From an uncultured Bacteroidota bacterium (GTDB taxonomy: Bacteria > Bacteroidota > Ignavibacteria > UBA10030 > UBA6906), in assembly GCA_963700635.1 (NCBI GenBank), contig CAVOYH010000003.1, positions 288,001 through 352,000 on the forward strand: a DNA stretch of 64,000 nt, in the 5' to 3' direction. The notes beneath the pieces are model-generated. The model saw nothing but the letters and a program-made list of their open reading frames with translations. It searched no databases and was not told the DNA's origin. Positions within the stretch are counted from its first letter, which is position 1. Each line of letters begins with the position of its first letter. Of the stretch, positions 19,350-29,023 are shown one piece after another. Both the position numbers and the translations under genes were made by a program.

Positions 19350-19775
19350 TTAGGCCTGGGCCACCCGGGTTACCATGGCCTTCTTTCCGAAGATCGCTGC
19401 TGTGATAACGCCCGCAACGATGTATTGAACCAGCGTTGAGAAGAACCACGTGATGGCCAGCGAATACGGGATCGAGATCATGGCGTACGTTCCATACGCA
19501 AACCCCAGACCCATCCAGATGCCGATGTAAAGTCCAAACCGGACTCCCTCCATGATGCCCTTTCCCTCATAGCCGCGCGCAAAGATAAAGACAAAGAGGA
19601 ATGCACCGACGATCATGATAACCTGGAACACCCACATGTAGGACATCATGTCCGGGCGCCAGAGGTCTTTCAGCGACTCGTAGGTAGACGTCAGCAGAAC
19701 CCCGTCCACCATGTAGCTAAATGCTTCAAAAAAGATGATGACCGCCAGAAAGCTGATCCATCCTTGTTTGTTCAT
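19350..19775 (-). CDS. Four-TM hypothetical membrane protein (DUF1761-like)
   Basis: Hydrophobic helices; RBS GAGG before MNKQ. Confidence 0.75.
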   Translation of the reverse strand: MNKQGWISFLAVIIFFEAFSYMVDGVLLTSTYESLKDLWRPDMMSYMWVFQVIMIVGAFLFVFIFARGYEGKGIMEGVRFGLYIGIWMGLGFAYGTYAMISIPYSLAITWFFSTLVQYIVAGVITAAIFGKKAMVTRVAQA

Positions 19776-19978
19776 GGTAACCTCGGCGTTATGACTGAAA
19801 ATGGGTGGGTTAGAGAAGACCGCAGAATAATACGACATCCAACCCTCATTCGCAACTGGTGCCCAGAACAGCATGGAATTGCAGAGATTTACATAATCAG
19901 ATCAACCCCGCAACAACTCCTCTCGCCGGAGGCCGTATACAGAGACAGTCACCCTGGAACAAGAAGGAGAATTGGACG

Positions 19979-21181
19979 ATGCCTACGCGGCGGAGCACTC
20001 CCGAAACATTCAGCAGCAAACCGGTTGTGCGGCTTGCCCTGTTTAACGGAACACTTCAGCCGGGTCATGACGGCGTCACGCGTGTTCTGTATAAGCTTCT
20101 TGATCACCTGGTGCTCGCCGGAACGCCGTGTGAGTGTTTCTCAACGATGATTCCCGAAATGGGGGAACATCCTCTCCCCATGCATCTCGTCCCCTCGGTC
20201 CGGTTTCCACTGTATCCCGATTACAGAATAGCCCTTCCCGGATGGAAGACTTTTGAGCGGCAGATGCGCCGGTTTTCCCCGACGGTCATTCATATCAACA
20301 GTCCCTGTTCCCTCGGGTACGCCGCCATGCGATACGGCCGGCGATTCGGTATTCCCGTTGTCGCCACGTACCATACTCACTTTCCCCGCTACGCCAGCTA
20401 TTACCGCCTGCCGGCTCTGGAATCGTGCGGGTGGAATTACCTTCGTGGATTATACAATTCCTGTGAGCGCACGTTTGTCCCCTCACGCCCTATCCTGAGT
20501 GAACTTGAACACCGGGGCATCCACAATCTTGAATGGCTTCCGCATGGAGTTGATGCAGAGACGTTCCACCCCCGGTTTCGCTCTTCCGAGTTTCGCCGGG
20601 CACATGGACTGGAAGGCAGGACCGTGCTGTTGTTCGTGGGCCGACTGGTCTGGGAGAAGGACCTGCGCACATTGATCGAAGCGTGGAGGTTACTCCGTCG
20701 GGATTTTCCCGACGCAGCCCTGATGGTCGCCGGTGATGGCCCCGTCCGTGCCGAACTACGCTCGATGATTCCTGAAGCCATCTTCCTGGGCCAGCTGGAG
20801 GGGGAACAGCTGGCGACGGCATTTGCCTCTGCGGATATCTTTGCCTTTCCATCGACCACCGAGACATTCGGAAACGTGATACTCGAAGCCATGGCATCGG
20901 GTACAGCACCGGTATGCGCGAATACCGGTGGCGCTGTGGATCTGATCCAGGACGGCAACAGCGGATTACTCTCGCGACCGAAGGACGCCTGTCATTTTGC
21001 AGAACAGATATCACGGCTGATCAGCCAGCCCTCGCTCCGTCAGGCCATAGCGCAGCGCGCCCTTACGCGTGCCCGGATGCAGTCATGGGGAAGTGTATTT
21101 TCGCAGCTTCTGGAAAGCTACTGCGCAACCATTTTGTCATATTCCCGCCCTACCGCCGGGCCACGCCGTCACGCCGCGTAA
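19979..21181 (+). CDS. Glycosyltransferase family 4 (GT-B)
   Basis: DGV, ATYHT, VGRLVWEK, PSTTETFGNVILEAMASG. Confidence 0.92.
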   Translation: MPTRRSTPETFSSKPVVRLALFNGTLQPGHDGVTRVLYKLLDHLVLAGTPCECFSTMIPEMGEHPLPMHLVPSVRFPLYPDYRIALPGWKTFERQMRRFSPTVIHINSPCSLGYAAMRYGRRFGIPVVATYHTHFPRYASYYRLPALESCGWNYLRGLYNSCERTFVPSRPILSELEHRGIHNLEWLPHGVDAETFHPRFRSSEFRRAHGLEGRTVLLFVGRLVWEKDLRTLIEAWRLLRRDFPDAALMVAGDGPVRAELRSMIPEAIFLGQLEGEQLATAFASADIFAFPSTTETFGNVILEAMASGTAPVCANTGGAVDLIQDGNSGLLSRPKDACHFAEQISRLISQPSLRQAIAQRALTRARMQSWGSVFSQLLESYCATILSYSRPTAGPRRHAA

Positions 21182-21275
21182 CCTGCACAACGTGTGCCAT
21201 TCCATTCTCCCACTTTCATCCGAGCCGGAATTCTCGTAGATTATGGACACCTTTGGATGAGGAGAATGGTGTTTT

Positions 21276-22841
21276 ATGGGCAAAAGGAAGAGATGGTCCG
21301 TACATCACGCGCTGGTGGTACTGCTTATCGCCGGCATATGTCCCGCGCCACTCCGGGCACTGCCGGCCGATCCGGAACCTATCGACTGGCGTGAAGTGCA
21401 CGAGATCACCAAGCGCGGCATCGATCATTTCTACCGCCTCGAGATTGATGCCGCGATGCAGAGTTTTGATTCTGTTGCGCGCATGGCTCCGCGCGACCCG
21501 CGGGGATATTTCTTCAGGAGCATGGTCCATTTTTCCCTCTATGCGCTGGAACGCGATCGGAAGCAATTTGATGCGTTCATGAGAGAATCGGATAATGTGA
21601 TTGCTGTGGGCGAACAGTTGCTCGACAACAACGGACACGATGCTTCTGCAAAATTCTACCTTGGAGGGACCTACGGTTATCGCGGTATGATGTGGCAGAC
21701 CGAAGGATCCCTGGTGAAAGCTGTCACGGAGGGACGCAAAGGATACAAGTATCTTGAAGAAGCGGTGGAAGACAAACCCGATCTCTATGACGCCCACATG
21801 GGATTCGGACTCTTCAGCTATCTTACCGCGAAGGCCCCCCGAACGCTTCACTGGGTGATAAAGCTGGTGGGAATTGCGCCCGATCTCGACGGGGGGCTAC
21901 GGATGCTTAAAACTGCTGCGGAGAGGGGCGTGTACACGCGGAATGAGGCCCGTCTCTATCTTTCGCAGTTCCTCTTTAACGAGCAGCGCCATGAGGAAGC
22001 ATTCCGGTATCTGAATGAGCTCTGTTCCGAGTATCCAGAGAACACGCTCTTTCTGATTCTCCGGGCAAGCTGGCTGCAACGCTCCGGCCGGTCGGACGAG
22101 GCCATGACCGACGCACTCAAGGCGGTCGAACATAATGCCCGCCGCCCGATTCACTATGTCGAAGACATCGCCTACAATACCCTGGGAAGCATACTCTTCT
22201 CCCGCAACGATTTTACCGGTTCGCGGAAGTACTATGCACTCTACGTCGATTCACTGCGTAACCCCGAACGGGTCTGGAACTGGACATGGTATCGCATCGG
22301 CGTTGCCCATGAACTCAGCGGAGACCGGAAAGGCGGGCTGGCTGCGTTTGGGCGAGTCCAGAAAAGCGGCGACGCAATGCGGCCGAGGGATGCGTACTAC
22401 TACCGGCGGGCACAGTACAGTCTGCGCCAGCCTATCTCAAAGGCTGAGGAGCTCGTTATCAGGGCGGGTAATGAGCAGAACAGCAAAAAGTATGACAACG
22501 CTCTTCGGCTCTTCACCGAGGCACTTGCGGCCTCCGGCAATGACGTCGAAATCCGCGCCCGGGCACTCCTGGGCATGATGCAAATCCAGTTTGAGCTGAA
22601 GCTGTACCTGGAAGTGGAACAGACCTCCCGCCAGCTATTTGTGTTAAAACCGCAGCAGGAAATCTGGGTGTTACCCCATGGATATCATAAGCTGGGGCAG
22701 GCATACGCGCGCCTGGGAAGGATTGAAGATGCTCGAAATGCGTTTGACATGGTCGACGAATACGACGATTACGATTTTCAGGACCAGCTTGAAACACGCG
22801 TAGAAGAGGAGATCTCTAAGCTCGACAAAGACGAGAAATAG
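21276..22841 (+). CDS. Exported TPR protein (DUF3808-like)
   Basis: Signal peptide; TPR helices throughout; RBS GAGGAG. Confidence 0.8.
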   Translation: MGKRKRWSVHHALVVLLIAGICPAPLRALPADPEPIDWREVHEITKRGIDHFYRLEIDAAMQSFDSVARMAPRDPRGYFFRSMVHFSLYALERDRKQFDAFMRESDNVIAVGEQLLDNNGHDASAKFYLGGTYGYRGMMWQTEGSLVKAVTEGRKGYKYLEEAVEDKPDLYDAHMGFGLFSYLTAKAPRTLHWVIKLVGIAPDLDGGLRMLKTAAERGVYTRNEARLYLSQFLFNEQRHEEAFRYLNELCSEYPENTLFLILRASWLQRSGRSDEAMTDALKAVEHNARRPIHYVEDIAYNTLGSILFSRNDFTGSRKYYALYVDSLRNPERVWNWTWYRIGVAHELSGDRKGGLAAFGRVQKSGDAMRPRDAYYYRRAQYSLRQPISKAEELVIRAGNEQNSKKYDNALRLFTEALAASGNDVEIRARALLGMMQIQFELKLYLEVEQTSRQLFVLKPQQEIWVLPHGYHKLGQAYARLGRIEDARNAFDMVDEYDDYDFQDQLETRVEEEISKLDKDEK

Positions 22842-22932
22842 ACCCGGACAAGGGAGATGTTCTCCTTCTCACGTTCGGATTTCCCGCAATCAGCCTCATC
22901 GGATTTCTCAACGACAACGTTAGCGGTCTGAT

Positions 22933-23898
22933 TCACCATTCGGTTTTGAAAAAGCTTGCTTCGGTATAATAGTCTTTTGTTAATCCTTCCAGCCTTTTCA
23001 TTCCAGCCGGGTCCAGTGGCACAAACTCCTTCGCAATCCGGACATTTTCTTCCAGCTCCGCGATCGTGGAGATCCCCACGATCACCGTGCTGACGGGAAG
23101 TGAAAGCACGTACCCCATGGCATCCTTCATCGTCGTAATTCCACCCGTCCGGAATATTCTGCCGCGGGCCGGGATTTTCATACCGATGATCGCCAGGTTT
23201 TTCTTAACCGCGATAGGAAGCAGGTTTTCAATGAACGATGCGCTGTGTCTGTCGGCCGCGTTTAACGCCATCAGAATGGCATCAAACGGATACTGTTCAA
23301 TCCCCTTACGCAGCACAAAGGGATCACGATGGCCGGTAATCCCGAGAAACCGCACGATCTTTTCGTCACGAGCCTTCTCCAGCGCCTTGACTGCGCCAGC
23401 ATGTGCAAACACCTGATCCAGATCATCCTGTGTCCGGACATTATGAAGTTGCCACAAATCAATGTGGTCGGTCCGGAGTCTTTTCAGCGATCCTTCCAGT
23501 GCACGCATCGAACCGTCATAGGACCGTTCACGGGTTTTTGTAGCCAGAAAGACCTCGTCGCGGCGACTGGCCATGACCGAGCCGATGTAGGTTTCGCTGA
23601 TGCCATTCCCGTACCGATGCGACGTATCAATGTAGTTCACGCCCAGATCGAGAGCCCGGTTGATGATGGCTGCAGCTTCGTCTGTCTTGCCGTCCTGTTC
23701 CAGCGTGGCCTGCCCGCCCAGGCTGAACAGCCGGACATTGTGCCCCGTGCGACCGAGGGGGCGCTCCGGCATTGTGCTGGCGCCGGAAACTGTTTGTGCG
23801 ATAGCATCAAACGGTTTTAAAACGCCGGCGACACCGAGCGCGGTGGTGCCCAGCACGGTGCGGACGAATGACCTGCGGGAGAGATCAGACTGCTTCAT
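22933..23898 (-). CDS. Aldo/keto reductase with Tat signal
   Basis: SRRSFV twin-arginine; NYIDTS..YG, LATK, IDLWQLH. Confidence 0.92.
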   Translation of the reverse strand: MKQSDLSRRSFVRTVLGTTALGVAGVLKPFDAIAQTVSGASTMPERPLGRTGHNVRLFSLGGQATLEQDGKTDEAAAIINRALDLGVNYIDTSHRYGNGISETYIGSVMASRRDEVFLATKTRERSYDGSMRALEGSLKRLRTDHIDLWQLHNVRTQDDLDQVFAHAGAVKALEKARDEKIVRFLGITGHRDPFVLRKGIEQYPFDAILMALNAADRHSASFIENLLPIAVKKNLAIIGMKIPARGRIFRTGGITTMKDAMGYVLSLPVSTVIVGISTIAELEENVRIAKEFVPLDPAGMKRLEGLTKDYYTEASFFKTEW

Positions 23899-23941
23899 GA
23901 TGACCTCCGGTCGGTTGGAAAAGCAATGCGACAGCGTCCAC

Positions 23942-24301
23942 TTAGTTCATCCTCGCCTTTGACATCCTGTGGAAATGCGCCTTCTGCGTCGAGGAACCCC
24001 CGACGTGCTGTATGACTAACACCAGGAACTCTGCGGAGGGCTCCACGTCCTTGATCCCTTCAAGAATATCTTCGTCATCAAGTCCCCCCTCGAGGATATA
24101 CTCCCGGATTTTCAGCGTGTTCCACCATTCCCACTCCAGCCCGTTCTCCGGCAAGAACACAAATGCTCCGTATTCATCCGTACCCTTCACCTTTTCGTTC
24201 CAGAGTCCCAGGTACGCAGAAAAGTGGGAATACAGATGCGCTATGATGGATGCGTGTGTCATTGAACAAACGAGCCGTTCCTCTGTTTCCGCAAAAAACA
24301 C
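23942..24301 (-). CDS. Hypothetical protein
   Basis: 119-aa ORF with natural composition between tRNA-Gly and the AKR gene. Confidence 0.55.
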   Translation of the reverse strand: MFFAETEERLVCSMTHASIIAHLYSHFSAYLGLWNEKVKGTDEYGAFVFLPENGLEWEWWNTLKIREYILEGGLDDEDILEGIKDVEPSAEFLVLVIQHVGGSSTQKAHFHRMSKARMN

Positions 24302-24383
24302 TTCTGCCCCCGCAGGAGCCGGAGGCAGAAGTCACCACTGGTCCAGCCAGATGGTCGATACTTGTAACACAGGTTGCCGACTG

Positions 24384-24455
<72 letters not shown>

Positions 24456-24470
24456 AGAAACATCACAAAA

Positions 24471-24499
24471 AATATACCGCCTTCTCTTCATAAAAGCAA
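24471..24499 (-). promoter_or_regulatory. Sigma70-type promoter of tRNA-Gly
   Basis: TTGCTT-17 nt-TATATT on the minus strand. Confidence 0.65.
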
Positions 24500-24731
24500 C
24501 GCTCGACGGCCCGTGTCTAATTACGCGAGAACCCTCCCGCTCCGAGTGCCGCCACCCACAGCGGTGAAGGAGCCCCACCAGGGGATCGCACAGCCATCCC
24601 GGATCCCGAAAAGCGATGCGCCTGAGATGCTGCGCAAAGATACCGATGAAAAGAAGGCAAAAGCAACTGGCAACGACGCGCTAGCGGAAACAACACCGGC
24701 TGACCAGCGCACCGGCGCCCTCACGCAGGAG

Positions 24732-24866
24732 TCATACCGTCAGGAAAATGAAATTCCACACCCGCAGAATCGCCTCCTCCAGAGTCACTCCGTCAAGAAG
24801 GTAGCTCGAAAGGAAACCGACGGCGAGGCCGTCGCCTGCACCACTCACGACCACCACATCACAATC
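24732..24866 (-). pseudogene. PfkB-family carbohydrate kinase C-terminal remnant
   Basis: Manual translation DCDVVVVSGAGDGLAVGFLSSYLLDGVTLEEAILR matches the PfkB GAGD signature; no N-terminal portion. Confidence 0.7.
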
Positions 24867-24892
24867 CCTCCGGGACGCTTCCGACCCAGCTT

Positions 24893-25477
24893 CTACAGCC
24901 ATACGGTGTATCCCAGACTGATACTCAGTTGATTCGACCCGTTCCGTTCTGTTGCCCCTTCACGGTTCATCGTCACCTGGAGGTACTGAATCGCCAGGTT
25001 CAACAGCCCGTTTCCGGTGATCGACATCTTCACGCCGCCGCGCCCTCCCCACGTAAAGCCCCTGTACGTGGTGCCGTTCGTTTGCAGAGAGTACCCTGCC
25101 AGTCCTTCAACAAACGGATGCACGAACGCTGGTGACGGCGGGTGGTATGCGATTGACCCCAATGCAAGGAGGCCGGTTGACGCTCCACCGCCGGAGGTCA
25201 TCACCGTCAGCCCGAGTGGGTTCAGTCCGATCTCCAGCCTGTCCAGTATGAACACGCCGACAAACGGGTTGATGGTAATGAAGGAGGCCGTGCTTCCTGT
25301 TTTGCCGTCGTGCACAGGCGTGTAGCTCTGAAACGAAGCCGATCCCCCAAGCTCAACCTGTCCTTTTGACCCGAAACGGGCGGGTTGTTCCTGAGAAAAA
25401 GTGGAGGCGGCGCTGACGAGGAGTGCCACCGACAATGCAAGCAGATACAGCGGGCAGGACTTCCGGTTCTTGATCAT
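24893..25477 (-). CDS. Outer-membrane beta-barrel protein (OmpA/8-strand-like)
   Basis: Signal peptide, alternating beta strands, C-terminal LGYTVWL. Confidence 0.8.
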   Translation of the reverse strand: MIKNRKSCPLYLLALSVALLVSAASTFSQEQPARFGSKGQVELGGSASFQSYTPVHDGKTGSTASFITINPFVGVFILDRLEIGLNPLGLTVMTSGGGASTGLLALGSIAYHPPSPAFVHPFVEGLAGYSLQTNGTTYRGFTWGGRGGVKMSITGNGLLNLAIQYLQVTMNREGATERNGSNQLSISLGYTVWL

Positions 25478-25507
25478 GAAGATAGTTCCTATTATTGAAA
25501 TGAGGGA

Positions 25508-25533
25508 GAGAGCCCCGGGTCAGCGGGGCTCTC
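25508..25533 (-). terminator. Strong hairpin downstream of the T9SS gene
   Basis: GAGAGCCCCG-6 nt-CGGGGCTCTC perfect 10-bp stem; weak U tract. Confidence 0.5.
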
Positions 25534-25578
25534 AGATGCGCGTTCTGATCCAGAACGTGTCCAGCGATTGTCATAGTG

Positions 25579-26871
25579 TTACTTCATCAGCGTCATCCGC
25601 CTGGTGGCGGTAAGTCCGGCGTGGTCGATCCGGTAGAAATACACGCCGCTGGGAAGCCCCCCGGCGTTCCAGAGAACCTGATGCTGCCCGGCGGGAAGCA
25701 CCTCGTTCACCAGGGTGGCAACCTCTTCGCCGATCGTGTTATAGACCCGCAGCGTCACCTGACCGTCAGCTGGCAGCACAAAGGAGATACGTGTCGACGG
25801 ATTAAACGGATTCGGATAGTTCTGTCCCAGAGAGAACTGCGCGGGCATCGTCACTGGATCATCTTCCCGTACACTTGTCTCATCGGCGTTGTACGCAAAG
25901 ATCGGGCAGGCGGGACGGATCCCATGGTCGCGCAGACCACGCTCGACAAATCGCATCGTCGCAGCAAGCTCCTGCGCGTAGTCCGGTTCGACAAGGGCCA
26001 CTGCGTCAGACAGAAAACCGGCCACCTGATCCGCCGTGACGGTCACATCGAAGCCCGGGATCGGGACATTCGCTTCGATAAGCATCTCCGCCACCGGTGC
26101 TGTCTGTGCGGCCAGAATTGCGATTGTTTGGTTTTCTGGCCGTGAGAAAGCCAACCCGTACTGGGTGATGAGCTTCTTGTATTCCTTTTCTGTCCCGACA
26201 ATCAGAGCGCTCGCATCTGCGACCGGTATTCCGGCAAACGCAGCGAGGTCCTCCGCATAGGCCGCTGCCAGCAGGTGCGGGACCTCGGCCGGACGCGTCT
26301 GCGCCGCAAGCATCATGCGCAGTCCAACACCACGGTCCAGGTTCCTCCGGACCAGCAGATCCACTGCCGTCTCTGAGAGATCGTGTCCCATTTCCGGTGC
26401 GAGGAGACCCGCCACGTAATCTGCGTCCGGCGAGGGAAGACCGCCAGCGTGCAGAATGTCCACAAGGACTGGCATGAGCCGGGGGACGAGCGCCGCCCCT
26501 TTGGCGATGGCATATCCTTCGCCGGGAAACATGAACGAAGCATGATGTGCAGTGAAATCGGCGCCCCAGGTATCATTGTGTGTCAGAAACCCCAAGCCGA
26601 CGGACTTCAGACTCGGTCTCCAGGCCATCCGGTACACCGGCATGAAATTGTGATGTGTCGCGTCATACAGGAACTGTCCGTTCGCATCGAACATAGTGTT
26701 AAACACATCCGGTAGGACCGCTCCATACATTTCGTTCCTATTCAACGGTCCGAATTTCACGCCGAGTTCCCTGGCGAGGTAGACGTGGGTCGCATTCCCC
26801 CAGCTGAATGCACCCTGCACCGCCACGAGAATCAAGAGTGCAGCCACGAACAACTTCTTTGCAGTGTCCAT
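25579..26871 (-). CDS. T9SS cargo protein with Zn-dependent phospholipase C/S1-P1-like N-terminal domain
   Basis: Signal peptide then WGNATH, GAVLPD, TH...AD...H and GH...E; C-terminal QNYPNPFNP...GVYFYRI CTD. Confidence 0.75.
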   Translation of the reverse strand: MDTAKKLFVAALLILVAVQGAFSWGNATHVYLARELGVKFGPLNRNEMYGAVLPDVFNTMFDANGQFLYDATHHNFMPVYRMAWRPSLKSVGLGFLTHNDTWGADFTAHHASFMFPGEGYAIAKGAALVPRLMPVLVDILHAGGLPSPDADYVAGLLAPEMGHDLSETAVDLLVRRNLDRGVGLRMMLAAQTRPAEVPHLLAAAYAEDLAAFAGIPVADASALIVGTEKEYKKLITQYGLAFSRPENQTIAILAAQTAPVAEMLIEANVPIPGFDVTVTADQVAGFLSDAVALVEPDYAQELAATMRFVERGLRDHGIRPACPIFAYNADETSVREDDPVTMPAQFSLGQNYPNPFNPSTRISFVLPADGQVTLRVYNTIGEEVATLVNEVLPAGQHQVLWNAGGLPSGVYFYRIDHAGLTATRRMTLMK

Positions 26872-26912
26872 AAGATCCCTCCTTCGATGGATAGTGGTTG
26901 TTGGACAGCACA

Positions 26913-26966
26913 AAGATACTCGTGCACAGCGTCCTCATGTCAAAGAACTGTCACAGGAGTGTAACA
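26913..26966 (-). promoter_or_regulatory. Triple 11-bp-period direct repeat plus -10 (promoter of the T9SS gene)
   Basis: Minus strand GTTACA-N5-GTGACA-N5-TTGACA-19 nt-TATCTT. Confidence 0.65.
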
Positions 26967-27055
26967 AATCCTCCTTCGTTGAAATCTCCATCTACGGACC
27001 GCCACTGCAACGCGGAGATCGTGAGCAGGATCGAACGATTCTCCGGGCGATAACC

Positions 27056-27109
27056 GTGATCACCCCGTGACGCTTTCATGACATCCCTGAGCTCCCCGCA
27101 TCGTACATT
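27056..27109 (+). promoter_or_regulatory. Triple 11-bp-period direct repeat plus -10 (promoter of the UbiA operon)
   Basis: GTGATC(27056)-GTGACG(27067)-ATGACA(27078)-20 nt-TACATT(27104). Confidence 0.65.
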
Positions 27110-27134
27110 TCTTCAGCACCATGCGGGAGGAACG

Positions 27135-28100
27135 ATGCGATTCGCACAGGTATCGACGATCACAGGGGCTATGATTACAACGATGCGCCCCTATCTGCTT
27201 TTTCTCTCAGGCGTCACGGGCCTCGCAGGCATCGCGGCAGCGAAGGACGCTCCGGCCAGCACCGTGCTCCCGGTTTTCCTCGCGGCATTTCTCTCCTACG
27301 GTTTCGGGCAGGCATTGACCGACTGCTTTCAGACAGACACCGATGCGCTGTCAGCTCCCTACCGTCCGCTGGTCCGGGGGATCGTCAGTAAGCGAACCGT
27401 CTTCGTGACCAGCATTCTGGGTCTTGTATCCTGCTGTGCACTGTTTGCCATAAGCAACAGCGTCACACTCGTTCTCGGGACAGTTGCAGTGGGAGGTCTC
27501 GCGACATACACATGGTTCAAACGCCGCTGGTGGGGTGGACCCTGGTACAACGCATGGATCGTGTGCGTCCTGTTTCTGATGGGGTATCTCTCGGGTGAAC
27601 GCCAGGGAACCGCTGCGGTACCGGTCTCCCTGCTCCCTCTCGTGGTCACGGTCTTTTTCGGATATGCAAATTTCGTGCTGGCCGGCTACTTCAAAGACAC
27701 CAACGCAGACAGGCGAACCGGCTACAGGACGTTCCCGGTGGTCTTCGGACGCCGGCGCGCTTCGCGTCTCAGCGATTTCTTTGCCGTTGGAACGGTCGTT
27801 GCTCTCAGCGTTCATCTTGCAGACACATGGAGTACAGATTCGTCATTCTGGTCCGTAGCCCCGTCCGCCCTCTTTGCAGGCTGGGGGCTCGGGCACGCTA
27901 TCATCGGGCAATTCCTGCTTCATCACAATCGGGACGATCAGGATGCCCACAGACCGATCCGCCACGTGGTGCAGAGTTATGTGTTGATGCTGTCTGCTGC
28001 AGCCGTGAGTTTTCATCCCGCGTGGGCGGTGCCGCTCCTGGCATACTACGGTACCTTTCTCCTCGTTCTCACGCACAGAACGGAGCAGAGCCAGATATGA
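27135..28100 (+). CDS. UbiA-family prenyltransferase
   Basis: MRP, TDCFQTDTD...RPL..G, KDTNADRRTGYRTFPV; multiple TM helices; RBS GGAGG. Confidence 0.88.
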   Translation: MRFAQVSTITGAMITTMRPYLLFLSGVTGLAGIAAAKDAPASTVLPVFLAAFLSYGFGQALTDCFQTDTDALSAPYRPLVRGIVSKRTVFVTSILGLVSCCALFAISNSVTLVLGTVAVGGLATYTWFKRRWWGGPWYNAWIVCVLFLMGYLSGERQGTAAVPVSLLPLVVTVFFGYANFVLAGYFKDTNADRRTGYRTFPVVFGRRRASRLSDFFAVGTVVALSVHLADTWSTDSSFWSVAPSALFAGWGLGHAIIGQFLLHHNRDDQDAHRPIRHVVQSYVLMLSAAAVSFHPAWAVPLLAYYGTFLLVLTHRTEQSQI

Positions 28101-29023
28101 TCGCGTACGTCAATCCGCGGGCTGGCGCGGGGCGGGGCATGGCCCGGTGGAGCAGCATCGAATCCCGCATGAGCAGGACCTACAGAGATCTTCACATTGT
28201 GATGGCGGATGCCCCTGACTCCGCTGAGCGTGCAGTCCGCCGCGCACAGCAGTCACCCGGCCGTCGCATAGTGGCGGTAGGCGGCGATGGCACCGTGAAT
28301 GCCCTGGTAAACGCACTCCTCAACGGAGATCACAACGGAGGCCCCCCGTGTACTCTCGGCGCAATCGGGACCGGTTCGAGCAACGACTTCCACAAGCCGT
28401 TCACGGCGGAAGCAACGATCGGAGCTTTTCCTGCACGCCTGGATTTTGACCGGGCTTCGGCATATGATGCCGGCAGAGTGGAGTGGACCAATGCTGAGGT
28501 ACCAAGCGCACGATACTTCTTTCTGAACGCCAGCGCCGGTATTACTGCGGCCGGCAATGCCCGATTCAATGTCCCGGGACCACTCCTCGGTTTGCTCAAA
28601 CGCGCCCATGTTCCCAGCGCCATTCTCTTTACAGCGCTGACCACGCTTCTCGGATTTCGAAACGTTCATATCAGGCTCACCCTGGGGACGGAACACCTGT
28701 TGGATGTGCCCCTGACGAACCTGGGGATACTGAAGAGCCCCCATTTCTCAGGCGACCTTCGCTACGATACCGCGGGGGATTATGAAAACGGGAAGTTTGT
28801 TGTGGTTGCCTGCACCGGAATGAACACTCTTGAGCGAATCACCCTCTTCCGTGCATTGCGCAGGGGAAGTCTCGCAGGGGTGCAGCATGTCCGCCGCTGG
28901 TCGACATCTGCCGTCACCCTGGAGTCCCCCTGTCCGATCGGCATCGAGTTTGACGGTGAGACCGTTCTGGCGCAGAGTGCCCGGTTCACAGTCGTTCCAC
29001 ATGCACTCCAGGTATGCCCATGA
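28097..29023 (+). CDS. Diacylglycerol/sphingosine kinase family lipid kinase
   Basis: VNPRAG, GGDGTVN, GSSNDF, DGE; ATGA overlap with UbiA. Confidence 0.9.
   Translation: MIAYVNPRAGAGRGMARWSSIESRMSRTYRDLHIVMADAPDSAERAVRRAQQSPGRRIVAVGGDGTVNALVNALLNGDHNGGPPCTLGAIGTGSSNDFHKPFTAEATIGAFPARLDFDRASAYDAGRVEWTNAEVPSARYFFLNASAGITAAGNARFNVPGPLLGLLKRAHVPSAILFTALTTLLGFRNVHIRLTLGTEHLLDVPLTNLGILKSPHFSGDLRYDTAGDYENGKFVVVACTGMNTLERITLFRALRRGSLAGVQHVRRWSTSAVTLESPCPIGIEFDGETVLAQSARFTVVPHALQVCP

Noticed and set aside
23932-23941. CAGCGTCCAC matching the tRNA-Val 3' end (possible att site)
   Set aside because: Only 10 bp, opposite orientation, and no integrase in the window
25558-25582. Possible fourth xTGACA repeat promoter before the beta-barrel gene
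   Set aside because: Only two repeats in phase and no -10 at the 19-20 nt spacing
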